A DNA stretch of 64,000 nucleotides from Smithellaceae bacterium (GCA_963667845.2 CAXXVL010000002.1:1184001-1248000), one strand, 5' to 3'; positions 39,358 through 49,000 are shown, counted from the stretch's first letter. The notes: a model not told the origin generated them from the letters alone. Translations and numbers: made by a program.

Positions 39358-40268
39358 AGTGCGTCCTTATCATAAGGTGTTGCGGAGTTATTTTCTCTGT
39401 GCGTGCGATAGCCCAGCATTCTGTCCGCTTCTTCGATGCCGCCCTGCAGGTCGCCCACCGTTTTCAGTCCGGCCAGGTCAACGCCGATGGTGACCAGCGC
39501 TTGGGCAACGTCCGGGGACAATCCCGTGACAATGACTTTGGCGCCCATCAGACGCGCTGCGGCAACGGTCTGGAGGAGATGATTCGCAATTTTGGAATCG
39601 ACGGCGGGAACGCCGGTGATATCGATGACGACGGTCTGGGCCCGGTTGTCTCGAATAGCGCGCAGCAACTGTTCCGTAATTTGCTTGGCGCGTAAAGAAT
39701 CGATCAGCCCGATGATGGGCAGAATCAACATGCCTTCGCGCACCTGCAATACGGGTGTGGAGAGCTCACGGATCGCTTCCTGCTGCTGCCTCACAACATT
39801 TTCACGTTCGCGAATAAACGCCATGGCAACGATAGCAATAATATTGCCGGCCACCGGTTCATAAATATCGAGTGCCGCGGTCAAGCGGTCCGTATCCCGA
39901 AGGTACTTAAAGAAAAGACTGCGGCCGTAAACGTCGCGCAGAGTCAGCATGCCCCCCAGGATCTGCTCGGAGGTCATGCCGCGCAGAACGCCGCGCTCCG
40001 CCATGCGCTTGGCGTAGGCTTCGGCGGAATCATAGCGATAGGTTTCCAGGCATTCCACGCAGGTATCGTAAATTGTCGCCGATTCGACTTCCAGTTCCTG
40101 AGCGGTTAATCCTTCGAGCATCTTCTTGCTGGTCATCAGATGGACCCATTCCCGCCGGAGTGATGTTCGCTCCTGTCGGAAATGCTTTACCAATTCCTGG
40201 ACCAGGTCATCATTCTTCCTGTTTTTCCTGTTTGATACGTTTTTGCTGTCCCCTTTTTCCATAACCAT
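39354..40268 (-). CDS. rsbR: Stressosome sensor RsbR (helical N-domain + STAS)
   Basis: QQEAIRELSTPV, LPIIGLIDS, IDITGVPAVDS. Confidence 0.9.
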   Translation of the reverse strand: MVMEKGDSKNVSNRKNRKNDDLVQELVKHFRQERTSLRREWVHLMTSKKMLEGLTAQELEVESATIYDTCVECLETYRYDSAEAYAKRMAERGVLRGMTSEQILGGMLTLRDVYGRSLFFKYLRDTDRLTAALDIYEPVAGNIIAIVAMAFIRERENVVRQQQEAIRELSTPVLQVREGMLILPIIGLIDSLRAKQITEQLLRAIRDNRAQTVVIDITGVPAVDSKIANHLLQTVAAARLMGAKVIVTGLSPDVAQALVTIGVDLAGLKTVGDLQGGIEEADRMLGYRTHRENNSATPYDKDAL

Positions 40269-40351
40269 CCCCCTCCCCCAATCGGATGCGTAATGCTGTT
40301 CCAGATCATTTTTTAATGATTATAAAAATAATTGCACTGCCTGCTAAATGC

Positions 40352-40386
40352 AAAAACCCCGTTCTTTTTCAAGTTACGGGGTTTTA
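40352..40386. terminator. Terminator-like hairpin between the alanine dehydrogenase gene and rsbR
   Basis: AAAACCCCGT...ACGGGGTTTT. Confidence 0.55.
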
Positions 40387-40568
40387 ATGATAAGCTCATG
40401 GCCTGCTCACAATTAAAATGTTGATAAATGTTAAGACGATCGACGGTAATCGCCTACCACAATTTACGCTGTAAATCTACTATAAAAGAAAATTCTTAAG
40501 ACGGCAGCGTCAAAATCTACGCTAATACATATGGATTGACATTTGCAATGTCAAATCTATCCATGCCA

Positions 40569-41552
40569 TTAAAAAAGTCTGACGCTTCTGATGCCGCGTT
40601 TGCTTTTGAGAGCCCGATAGACGATGTAGGCGCAGGAGATATCCTGAATGGCCAGCCCCGTCGAATCAAAAAGCGTAATCTCCCGGTCGGATTTTCTCCC
40701 ATTTTTCTTTCCGGCCACAATGTCGCCCAGCGTTGCGTAAATATTTCTTTTGCCGATCAGCTTTCGACTCACCGGCACGTTGATTTCACCGGAATGAGAG
40801 GCCTGGGCCCAGTCGTCAATCACGATTTTTGCTTCTTTCAATACTTCCGGATCGACTTCCTGCTTCCCCGGCGCATCCGCACCGATGGCATTGATATGGG
40901 TTCCGGCAGAGACGCGCGAGACGAGCGGAATGCGCGACGGCGTTGTCGCGATCACAATATCGGATTTCAGCGTGACGGCGTCGATGCGCGGAGATATGAA
41001 CGCTTCGAGTTTAAAGGTTTTCTGCGCGAAGCCCCGGAAGCTTTGCGCACCCTCTTTATCTCCGGCAAATTGCCATATCTTGATCTTGCGGATCTTGCGG
41101 ACGCCGAGCAGACAGGCCAGCTGGGACCGCGCCTGGGCTCCGCAGCCGACAAATCCCGCAACCTCGGCGTCTTCCCGGCTCAGGTATTTGGCGGCGACGG
41201 CTCCGGCGGCGCCGGTACGGAGGCCTGTCAGATACGTGCCGTCGAGGATGGCGAGCGGAAAGCCGGTCTCCGGGTCATTGAGAATGATGACCGCCATGAC
41301 GGACGGCAAATGGCGCAAGGCGTTATGCGGATGAACGTTGACACATTTGACGCCGGCAATATTGAAGCCTTCGCCGAAAATATAGGCCGGCATGGATCTC
41401 AGGTCACCCTTCGGGAAATAGAGATAGGTTTTGGCAGGCATGTCGACGCTGCCGAGGCCGTAAGCCCGGAATGCTTTTTCCACCGTTTCGTTGACGACGC
41501 GCGGTGTTAATATTTTTTCGACATCCTGCTGGGTCAGAATCAGCGTCTTCAT
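40569..41552 (-). CDS. Ornithine cyclodeaminase/mu-crystallin family, archaeal-type alanine dehydrogenase
   Basis: KGDLRSMPAY, LRTGAAG, GCGAQA, AIGAD, FDSTGLAIQD. Confidence 0.85.
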   Translation of the reverse strand: MKTLILTQQDVEKILTPRVVNETVEKAFRAYGLGSVDMPAKTYLYFPKGDLRSMPAYIFGEGFNIAGVKCVNVHPHNALRHLPSVMAVIILNDPETGFPLAILDGTYLTGLRTGAAGAVAAKYLSREDAEVAGFVGCGAQARSQLACLLGVRKIRKIKIWQFAGDKEGAQSFRGFAQKTFKLEAFISPRIDAVTLKSDIVIATTPSRIPLVSRVSAGTHINAIGADAPGKQEVDPEVLKEAKIVIDDWAQASHSGEINVPVSRKLIGKRNIYATLGDIVAGKKNGRKSDREITLFDSTGLAIQDISCAYIVYRALKSKRGIRSVRLF

Positions 41553-41592
41553 AGTCGGTAAACCTTTCCGTGAATGTCTTTCCGCGGGCGAA

Positions 41593-41784
41593 TCAGATGA
41601 TTTCTTTGACCCGGCCCACAATCCCGCTTTCCAGACGAACTTTGATGCCGTGCGGATGAGTGCCGGATTTTGTCAGAATCGCCTGCACAATGCCGTCCGT
41701 AAGACGGCCCGTGCGTTGATCCTGCTTCTGCACTATTTTTACGTGTGCGCCCACTTTGACGTCCATGCGATTGTTTCCGTTCAT
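41593..41784 (-). CDS. YwbE (DUF2196) family protein
   Basis: KQDQRTGRLT, ILTKS..HPHGIKVRL..GRV. Confidence 0.88.
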   Translation of the reverse strand: MNGNNRMDVKVGAHVKIVQKQDQRTGRLTDGIVQAILTKSGTHPHGIKVRLESGIVGRVKEII

Positions 41785-41801
41785 GCCTTCATCCTCACAA
41801 T

Positions 41802-41899
41802 AATCAACCGCCAGCAAGCTGTCGAGGTATGAAATGAACGTCATTACATCGCAACAAGCTGCGGAGAATTAACACTCGTCCCGCGGAAGCGGGATTAAA
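41802..41899 (-). repeat. ~100-bp dispersed element, copy C (small deletion in third hairpin)
   Basis: Reverse complement matches copies A, B and D. Confidence 0.9.
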
Positions 41900-42091
41900 A
41901 TAAGATTATCATGATTTGCCAAAATATCTCAACATGCATATATTACTTTTGTCATCGGACAGCGAAAGCGGTGGGTCGGGCGACGGTTACGTGAGACAGT
42001 GTGGCAGATCGCTAAAAACTTTATTATATTTGAGATGATCTTATGTTAAAATCATGCTCATGAAATTAATCTGTCAGCAGAAAGTAACGTG

Positions 42092-42529
42092 ATGCGCAAA
42101 GATATTCAGGAATTGATTCAATTAAACAGGACCTGCGTTCTGGCCACGGTATCGGGAGTTGAGCCGCATTGTTCATTAATGTCGTATGCGACGGATGACG
42201 ACTGCCGTGAAATTTATATGGCAACCTCCAAAGAAACAAAAAAATACAGGAATATGACGGCCAACCCGCACATAAGCCTGCTTGTGGATTCCCGGCAGGA
42301 TGTTGCCGCCGGTCCCGCCGCGCCAGTGAGGGCCCTGACGATTGCCGGAACATTTCAAAAAGATGTGGATGAAAAGAAAGCGGCGGATATCCGGGAGAGG
42401 CTGTTTAGGAAGAATGCCGACTTAAGAAAGATATTCGATAATCCCGATACCGCAATTATCGTTGTCAGAATCTGCACCGTCCAGCTTCTGGACGGGCTAA
42501 CCGACGCCTATTTTGAGATCGTATCTTAA
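42092..42529 (+). CDS. Pyridoxamine 5'-phosphate oxidase-like FMN-binding protein
   Basis: CVLAT..PHCSLM, TKKYRNMTANPHISLLVD. Confidence 0.82.
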   Translation: MRKDIQELIQLNRTCVLATVSGVEPHCSLMSYATDDDCREIYMATSKETKKYRNMTANPHISLLVDSRQDVAAGPAAPVRALTIAGTFQKDVDEKKAADIRERLFRKNADLRKIFDNPDTAIIVVRICTVQLLDGLTDAYFEIVS

Positions 42530-42549
42530 CTTCAGACAGGAGGTTTGTC

Positions 42550-43098
42550 ATGACGGAAATTCCGCGCGATGAGAAGAGAAAGAAGATTCTTGAAGTTTTA
42601 AACAAGGCCAGATCCATGGAACTTTTTGCGATTCATCAGTATATGAACCAGCATTATAATCTGGCCGACATGGATTACGGCGATCTGGCCGCCAAAGTGA
42701 AGCTCATCGCGATAGACGAAATGAGACACGCGGAGATGTTTGCCGAACGCATTAAAGAACTGAGCGGCGAGCCGACCACAGCGATGGACGGCACGGTGCA
42801 GAAGGCTCAAAAGATCGATGCGGTCTTTCCCTTCAATTCCAAACTGGAAGACGACACGATCGACGCCTACAATCAGTTCCATCAGGTCTGCCGCGAAAAC
42901 GGCGACAGCATCAGTATGAAACTTTTTGAAACCATCACCGACGAGGAACAAATTCACTTCAATTACTTCGACAATGTCAGTGACCACATTCAAAAACTGG
43001 GCTCGGCCTACCTTGCGCAGATCGCCGGGACGCCGGCCGATACGGGCGCGCCATCCAAGGGCTTTGTCACCGGTCCGGGCGGGGGTGCCGCCGCATAG
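42550..43098 (+). CDS. bfr: Bacterioferritin
   Basis: ELFAIHQY, DEMRHAE, DEEQIH ferroxidase and heme-Met motifs. Confidence 0.88.
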   Translation: MTEIPRDEKRKKILEVLNKARSMELFAIHQYMNQHYNLADMDYGDLAAKVKLIAIDEMRHAEMFAERIKELSGEPTTAMDGTVQKAQKIDAVFPFNSKLEDDTIDAYNQFHQVCRENGDSISMKLFETITDEEQIHFNYFDNVSDHIQKLGSAYLAQIAGTPADTGAPSKGFVTGPGGGAAA

Positions 43099-44260
43099 AA
43101 GCATTTTTTTGGGGGCGGTCGCGCCGACCCTTCTTCAGTCGTGATTGTTCCCGGTCACCGTCTATTCCCGTGCTCCGGCGTAAATTGATCGCCGCCAGAA
43201 TTTTCCGGTCGATTTTCGACATCGGCAACTTCCCGATGTCCCTGTCCGATGCCCAGCGCCAATCCTGACAGCCCAGTGCTTCAGGCTCGCTTTTCAACAG
43301 GGTGCAATCGTAGGCACAGAGGGTTGTGCGAAAATGCGTGTAAGCATGATCGACGGAGGCGAGTTTCTGTCTCATCCGGATGGAGATCCCCAATTCGTTT
43401 TTTACGCCGTTCTTTAATCCGGCTTCCAGGCTTTCAATATCGTCGATAAAGCCGCCGGGCAATTTCCATAAAGACGCAAGCAATCCTGCAGCCGGCCGCT
43501 GCACGATGAGCAGCCGACTGTCGGCGCTGCGAATAACGGCGCACACCGCTGCGCGGTGCGGGGTGGCGGGGCGCTTGCGCACGACGGGCAGCGCGGTTTG
43601 CATCCCCGTGAGTTGCGCAAGGCACAAAGCGGCAATAGGGCAGATGGCGCAGCCGGGATTTTTGGGCTTGCAGATCGTTGCGCCCAGATCCATGAGCGCC
43701 TGGTTGAAATCGCCGGGCCGTCTGGCCGGAACCAGCGTGGCGGCAAGCGCGTGCAATTTCTTTTGTTCCCGGGGATCGTCCACCGGTCGGCGGATGGCGA
43801 AAACGCGGCTCAGGATGCGGCGGACGTTGCCGTCAACGGCGGGAAGGGGCTTCCCGTGGGCAATGCTCAAAATAGCACCGGCAGAATACTCGCCGATGCC
43901 GGGCAGTGTTTTGATCGCGTCGGGTGTATCGGGGATCCTGCCGCCGAACCGGTCAATAATGATTCGCGCGGCTTTATGAATATTTTTGGCCCGTGAATAA
44001 TATCCCAGGTTCTCCCAGGCCTTCAGGACCTGCGCAAGCTCAGCTCCGGCTAGCGCTTGGATGTCGGGAAAATACTTCATGAAACGGTGATAATAGGGGA
44101 TCACTGTATCCACCTGCGTCTGTTGGAGCATAATTTCCGAAATCCAGATGCGGTACGGATCGCTCGTCTCGCGCCAGGGAAGCGATCGCTGCCGGCGGCT
44201 ATACCAGGCGAGGAGTCGCCTCGGCAGGATTTTCCTGAGATGATCGGTATCTTTGGTCAT
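43067..44260 (-). CDS. mutY: A/G-specific adenine glycosylase MutY
   Basis: SEIMLQQT, LPGIGEY, VDGNVRR, C-x6-C-x2-C-x5-C, NUDIX-like C-terminal domain with HAYTHF. Confidence 0.93.
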   Translation of the reverse strand: MTKDTDHLRKILPRRLLAWYSRRQRSLPWRETSDPYRIWISEIMLQQTQVDTVIPYYHRFMKYFPDIQALAGAELAQVLKAWENLGYYSRAKNIHKAARIIIDRFGGRIPDTPDAIKTLPGIGEYSAGAILSIAHGKPLPAVDGNVRRILSRVFAIRRPVDDPREQKKLHALAATLVPARRPGDFNQALMDLGATICKPKNPGCAICPIAALCLAQLTGMQTALPVVRKRPATPHRAAVCAVIRSADSRLLIVQRPAAGLLASLWKLPGGFIDDIESLEAGLKNGVKNELGISIRMRQKLASVDHAYTHFRTTLCAYDCTLLKSEPEALGCQDWRWASDRDIGKLPMSKIDRKILAAINLRRSTGIDGDREQSRLKKGRRDRPQKNASMRRHPRPDR

Positions 44261-44449
44261 GGCGGGTGTATATCTTATCCCCGGGCGACTGGCAATACGG
44301 CTTGCGTTGGCCAATTTTTTCGCTTGACAGAAATGCGTTTCTGGGACAAGGTGCACGGCACACTCGGATATCCTAATTGTTGTTTTTTCGCATCGTTAGA
44401 TTTTCTGATTAACTCATCAATAAAAAGAAATTAGAAGAGGGGAACAAAA

Positions 44450-45007
44450 ATGAAGAAAGAGGATTGTATTTTATTCAGCGGCGGAGCGCAGGGTGCGGAA
44501 GCTGAATTCGGCGCCAATGCCGAGCGCCTCGGTATAGAGGAAGTTAACTTTACCTTCGAAGGACACACGATCGTGCGTAACAGGGGTCTGCGTGTGCTGA
44601 ACCACGAAGAATTAAAGAACGGCGATGTTTCTCTGGAATATATTTCACGCCTGATGAACCGCCGCTATACGGACAACACGACCTTCCGTAAAATTCTGCA
44701 AACGATCTGGTATCAGATCAACAAAGGGCAGGAAATTTTTATCATCGGCGAAATTCTTCCGGACAAAACCGTCAAGGGCGGCACGGGCTGGGGCGCGGAG
44801 TTCAGCAAAATCTGCAACAAGCCGCTCTCTGTTTTCGACCAGAAAAAAAATGTCTGGTTTTGCTGGAACAAACTGGATTGGGTTGAGCGTAAGAAGGGTG
44901 ATGAACCGGTCATTGCTCAAGCGCATTTCGCCGGCGGGGGAACACGTTTCCTTGAAGAAAACGGCAAAAAGGCAATCAGGGAGCTCATGGAAAGATCCCT
45001 CGGCTGA
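44450..45007 (+). CDS. Conserved hypothetical protein, SLOG-like fold
   Basis: FSGGAQGAE, GGTGW, GTR motifs. Confidence 0.65.
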   Translation: MKKEDCILFSGGAQGAEAEFGANAERLGIEEVNFTFEGHTIVRNRGLRVLNHEELKNGDVSLEYISRLMNRRYTDNTTFRKILQTIWYQINKGQEIFIIGEILPDKTVKGGTGWGAEFSKICNKPLSVFDQKKNVWFCWNKLDWVERKKGDEPVIAQAHFAGGGTRFLEENGKKAIRELMERSLG

Positions 45008-45033
45008 TCAGGCACCGATGGGACCATTCGGGA

Positions 45034-45133
45034 TTTAATCCCGCTTAAGCGGGAAGAGCGTTATTCCCTGTCGCTTGCTGCGAAATAATGACGTTTGTTT
45101 CATACCTCGCGAGCTTGCGGCGAGGTGGTTGAT
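45034..45133 (+). repeat. ~100-bp dispersed element, copy D
   Basis: Matches copy A; perfect TCCCGC-TTAA-GCGGGA hairpin. Confidence 0.9.
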
Positions 45134-45280
45134 TTCCTATCATGCGGTTGAAGCACTCTGTTTCAACCGTTTTTTTTTGTGTTTCCGGGTACCTTTTTCT
45201 ATTGTGTATGGTAAATTCTTGACAGCGCAGGCGGGTTTTGCTAGCGCTAATCTCAAATACCATATGATAAAGGAGGAGGT

Positions 45281-47182
45281 ATGTCTGATTCGTTGCAGTA
45301 CAAAGATGTCTACGAGCAGTCCATCAATCAGCCTGATGTTTTCTGGGGTAAGGCGGCCGAAGCGCTACAGTGGACGAAGAAGTGGGATAAAGTTCTTGAC
45401 GACAGCAACAAGCCCTTTTATCGCTGGTTTACCGGCGGCGAACTCAATACGTGCTATAATGCCCTGGATTATCAGGTGGAATCGGGCAGGAAAGATCAGA
45501 CAGCTGTTATCTATGACAGCCCCGTCACCGCTACCGTCCAAAAGATCACCTACGGAGAACTCCTCGACAGGGTGTCCAGATTTGCCGGCGTGCTGTCTGG
45601 TTTAGGTGTTACGAAGGGCGATACCGTTATTATCTATATGCCGATGATTCCGGAAGCAATGGTGGCGATGCTGGCCTGCGCGCGCATCGGGGCCGTGCAC
45701 TCCGTCGTCTTCGGCGGATTTGCCCCCAATGAACTGGCGATCCGCATTGACGATGCGAAACCCAAGGTCATGGTTTCAGCATCCTGCGGCATCGAAGGGA
45801 AGAAGACGCTGGCCTATAAGCCGCTTCTGGACGAGGCCATCAAAATCGCCGCGCACAAGCCGCAAAATTGCATTATTTATCAGCGTCCGCAGGTGCAGGC
45901 CGAACTAAGGCCTGGCCGCGATCTGGACTGGGAGGAATTGTTCAAATCGGCGAAGGCTGTTCCCTGCGTGTCCGTTGGCGCAACCGACCCGCTCTATATA
46001 CTTTATACGTCGGGAACAACCGGCAAGCCCAAAGGCGTCATGCGGGACAACGGCGGCCATGCCGTGGCCCTGAAATGGTCGATGAAGTACATCTATGATA
46101 TCAAACCCGGCGAAGTGTTCTGGGCGGCATCGGATGTCGGCTGGGTCGTCGGCCACTCCTACATTGTTTATGCCCCGCTGCTTTACGGCTGCACAACGAT
46201 TCTTTATGAAGGCAAACCCGTGGGAACGCCCGATCCGGGCGCCTTCTGGCGGGTGATCTCCCAGCACGGCGTATCCGTTCTCTTTACCGCCCCCACGGCG
46301 TTTCGCGCCATTAAGAAGGAAGACCCCAACGGCGACTACCTGAAGAAGTATGATATCCGCAGCCTGCGTTATTTGTTCCTGGCCGGCGAGCGCCTGGATC
46401 CCGATACCTATTACTGGGCGAGCGACATGCTGAAGATTCCTGTCGTCGACCACTGGTGGCAGACCGAAACCGGCTGGCCGATTGCCGCAAACTGCATGGG
46501 CATCGAGCCCTTCCCGATCAAAGCCGGATCACCCACGAAACCGGTGCCGGGCTATAATGTTCAGATCCAGGACTTCGACGGCAAAACGCTGCCCAACGGC
46601 GAGGAAGGCGCGGTGGTCATCAAGCTGCCTCTGCCCCCCGGCTGCCTGCCGACGCTGTGGAAGGATGACAAACGCTACCTGGAATATGTCACCGAAAGAC
46701 CCGGCTATTATGTGACCGGCGACGGCGGTCGTTTTGACACCGATGGTTATCTCTATATCATGGGGCGCATCGACGACGTGATCAACGTGGCCGGCCACAG
46801 GCTTTCCACGGGAGCTATGGAGGAGATCGTCTCCAAGCACAAGGACGTTGCGGAATGCGCCGTGCTGGGTGCGGACGACCAGCTCAAGGGCCAGGTGCCG
46901 GTGGGCTTTGTTGTTTTGAAGGCCGGCGTTACCCGCAAGCCCGAAGAGATCATCGCGGAGCTGGTCAAGATGGTGCGCAGTGACCTGGGTGCACTGGCCT
47001 GCTTCAAGGAAGCGGCCGTCGTGAAGGCGCTGCCCAAGACGCGGTCGGGGAAGATCCTGCGCAGCACGATGCGCAAAATCGTGGACGGCAAGGATTATGT
47101 TGTCCCTTCGACCATCGATGATCCGGCGGTTCTGCCGGCCATTGCTGAATCGGCCAGGGCGATCGGGTATGGGAAGAAGTGA
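45281..47182 (+). CDS. prpE: Propionyl-/acetyl-CoA synthetase (AMP-forming, PrpE-like)
   Basis: YTSGTTGKPKG, DHWWQTETG, NVAGHRLST, LPKTRSGKILR. Confidence 0.85.
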   Translation: MSDSLQYKDVYEQSINQPDVFWGKAAEALQWTKKWDKVLDDSNKPFYRWFTGGELNTCYNALDYQVESGRKDQTAVIYDSPVTATVQKITYGELLDRVSRFAGVLSGLGVTKGDTVIIYMPMIPEAMVAMLACARIGAVHSVVFGGFAPNELAIRIDDAKPKVMVSASCGIEGKKTLAYKPLLDEAIKIAAHKPQNCIIYQRPQVQAELRPGRDLDWEELFKSAKAVPCVSVGATDPLYILYTSGTTGKPKGVMRDNGGHAVALKWSMKYIYDIKPGEVFWAASDVGWVVGHSYIVYAPLLYGCTTILYEGKPVGTPDPGAFWRVISQHGVSVLFTAPTAFRAIKKEDPNGDYLKKYDIRSLRYLFLAGERLDPDTYYWASDMLKIPVVDHWWQTETGWPIAANCMGIEPFPIKAGSPTKPVPGYNVQIQDFDGKTLPNGEEGAVVIKLPLPPGCLPTLWKDDKRYLEYVTERPGYYVTGDGGRFDTDGYLYIMGRIDDVINVAGHRLSTGAMEEIVSKHKDVAECAVLGADDQLKGQVPVGFVVLKAGVTRKPEEIIAELVKMVRSDLGALACFKEAAVVKALPKTRSGKILRSTMRKIVDGKDYVVPSTIDDPAVLPAIAESARAIGYGKK

Positions 47183-47185
47183 AGC

Positions 47186-47250
47186 AGGCTATTCCTGTAG
47201 ACTATTTCCCCTCGAGGGGGCGTGAGGCTGTAGGCTATTAGACTATTAGA
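47186..47250. repeat. Degenerate TAG(G/A)CT(G/A)T short tandem repeats
   Basis: gaggctg-taggctat-tagactat-taga; same unit at 54126-54160 and 59823-59910. Confidence 0.6.
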
Positions 47251-47254
47251 TGAC

Positions 47255-47290
47255 GAAAAGCCGGCGGGAATGAGTCCCGCCGGCTTTCTT
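47255..47290. terminator. Bidirectional terminator between prpE and lepB
   Basis: AAAGCCGGCGGGA / TCCCGCCGGCTTT stem. Confidence 0.8.
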
Positions 47291-47312
47291 CGTATGTGTC
47301 GTGAATTGACGG

Positions 47313-47945
47313 CTATTTGATCAGCTGAGCAATGCGGCCCCAGCGGATACTTTTATCTTCCGCATTCCATGACCAGTAAAGGATGAAGGCCTTACCCTGG
47401 ACATCCTTCAAATCGACAAATCCCCAGAAACGGCTGTCCAGGCTGTGATCGCGATTGTCTCCCATGACAAAAAGCGAGTTCTTCGGTACGGTCACCGGGC
47501 CGAAGTTATCGCGCGGCTGGACATCGGCCGGAATTATCGTGTTGTCATCATAGACGCCGTGCGGGTCGGCATAGGGCCGGCCATTGATAAAGAGTTTTTT
47601 GTCTTTCATTTTGATCGTGTCGCCCGCGACACCGATGACCCGCTTGATGAAATCCTTGGACCGGTCCTGCGGATAAATGAAGACAACAACGTCGCCTCTT
47701 TTCGGTTCACTGACCGGGATGATGGTTGTCCGGAAATACGGAATCTTCACGCCGTAAATAAATTTGTTGACAAAGAGATGATCGCCGACAAGCAGGGTGG
47801 GAATCATGGATCCGGACGGGATTTTAAAAGCCTGGATAACGAATGAAATGATGAAGGCCGCGATAATGACGGCGGTCAGGATCGCTTCAATAAATTCTCT
47901 GATTTTTGATTTCGTTTTCAACGGGGACGATTCTTTTTCTTTCAT
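47313..47945 (-). CDS. lepB: Signal peptidase I
   Basis: IPSGSMIPTL, FIKRVIG, MGDNRDHSLDSRFWG. Confidence 0.95.
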   Translation of the reverse strand: MKEKESSPLKTKSKIREFIEAILTAVIIAAFIISFVIQAFKIPSGSMIPTLLVGDHLFVNKFIYGVKIPYFRTTIIPVSEPKRGDVVVFIYPQDRSKDFIKRVIGVAGDTIKMKDKKLFINGRPYADPHGVYDDNTIIPADVQPRDNFGPVTVPKNSLFVMGDNRDHSLDSRFWGFVDLKDVQGKAFILYWSWNAEDKSIRWGRIAQLIK

Positions 47946-47992
47946 AACGAGATAACCTCTTTCTATTAATGGTCGACCGGAGCAGATTTTAC

Positions 47993-48706
47993 TCAGATAA
48001 CTAATTTAACGATATCGTTGGATGTCGCAAGAATCGTCAGGCCCAAGATGACGATCCACCCCGCAATGGACAAACCTGTGGAAACTCTTCTCAACGGAGG
48101 TACTATCTTTTCCAATGCATAAAACAGCGCTTTGCCGCCGTCGAGGACCGGCAGCGGGAGCAGATTGATCACTGCCAGATTCAGACTCAAAAGGCCGGCG
48201 AAGCTGAGTATCTGATAAAAGTTCCCCGCAATAAATGATCCGCCTTGCTGAACAACGCCGATGATTCCGGCCAGATCTCCGCTGTTCGTGAACAGCGAAG
48301 GAATCGATCGGGTGATAAGCAGCATGAACGAGAATGCATTTTTGCCTGCCAGGAGCACCGCGGATACAATCGATATATCCTGGGTGAGCATTCGATAAAT
48401 GAACAGCATCAGGATGGCAAAAACGATATTGGCAACGACGCCGCCGAGCGTAAAGATAATGCGCCGGCCGAGGGGGATCGCATACAATTTTTCCTCTGTT
48501 GATATGGCCGGTTCGATATATCCGCCGAGGGGAATCAGCGAAAGCCGGTAATCAACGCCCTTGCGGGTGAAGCCGGCGAGCCGCGGACCGAAACCGATCG
48601 AGAACGTTCTCACCGGAATGGCGGCCAGCCTTGCCGCCAGGAGATGTCCTCCTTCGTGGACGAGTATAATCAAACTGATAATGACAAAAGCATAAAAATA
48701 AACCAT
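47993..48706 (-). CDS. M50 (site-2) metalloprotease, RseP-like without PDZ domain
   Basis: HEGGH, FSIGFG, IPLGGY, NLLPLPVLDGG. Confidence 0.88.
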   Translation of the reverse strand: MVYFYAFVIISLIILVHEGGHLLAARLAAIPVRTFSIGFGPRLAGFTRKGVDYRLSLIPLGGYIEPAISTEEKLYAIPLGRRIIFTLGGVVANIVFAILMLFIYRMLTQDISIVSAVLLAGKNAFSFMLLITRSIPSLFTNSGDLAGIIGVVQQGGSFIAGNFYQILSFAGLLSLNLAVINLLPLPVLDGGKALFYALEKIVPPLRRVSTGLSIAGWIVILGLTILATSNDIVKLVI

Positions 48707-48715
48707 TGTGTGCCT

Positions 48716-49000
48716 CTACATTTTACGGCGGTAGTAAAAAACGCCGACCAGATAAGTGTAAATGGAGGAGAGAGCAAAAACCAGGATCGGATACATCGCG
48801 TTTAAGGATGGGTGAAAAAGATACACCGCAACAATCACCATCAGTCCGCAGAGCGCTATCTGCTGCTGGAGATTGGCGGCTTTGAGCTGAATGAGCTTTT
48901 CCCGTTCATCGACAATGGTCCGCCGATCCATCACATAAAACACAAGATAGATCAGCGTTGTGATGACCACGATAATGCGCATGATCGCTATTTCATCCAT
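48716..49000 (-). CDS. Small 3-TM membrane protein (DUF2178-like)
   Basis: TM-DERE-TM-TM pattern; RBS GGAG; follows an XRE regulator. Confidence 0.65.
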   Translation of the reverse strand: MDEIAIMRIIVVITTLIYLVFYVMDRRTIVDEREKLIQLKAANLQQQIALCGLMVIVAVYLFHPSLNAMYPILVFALSSIYTYLVGVFYYRRKM

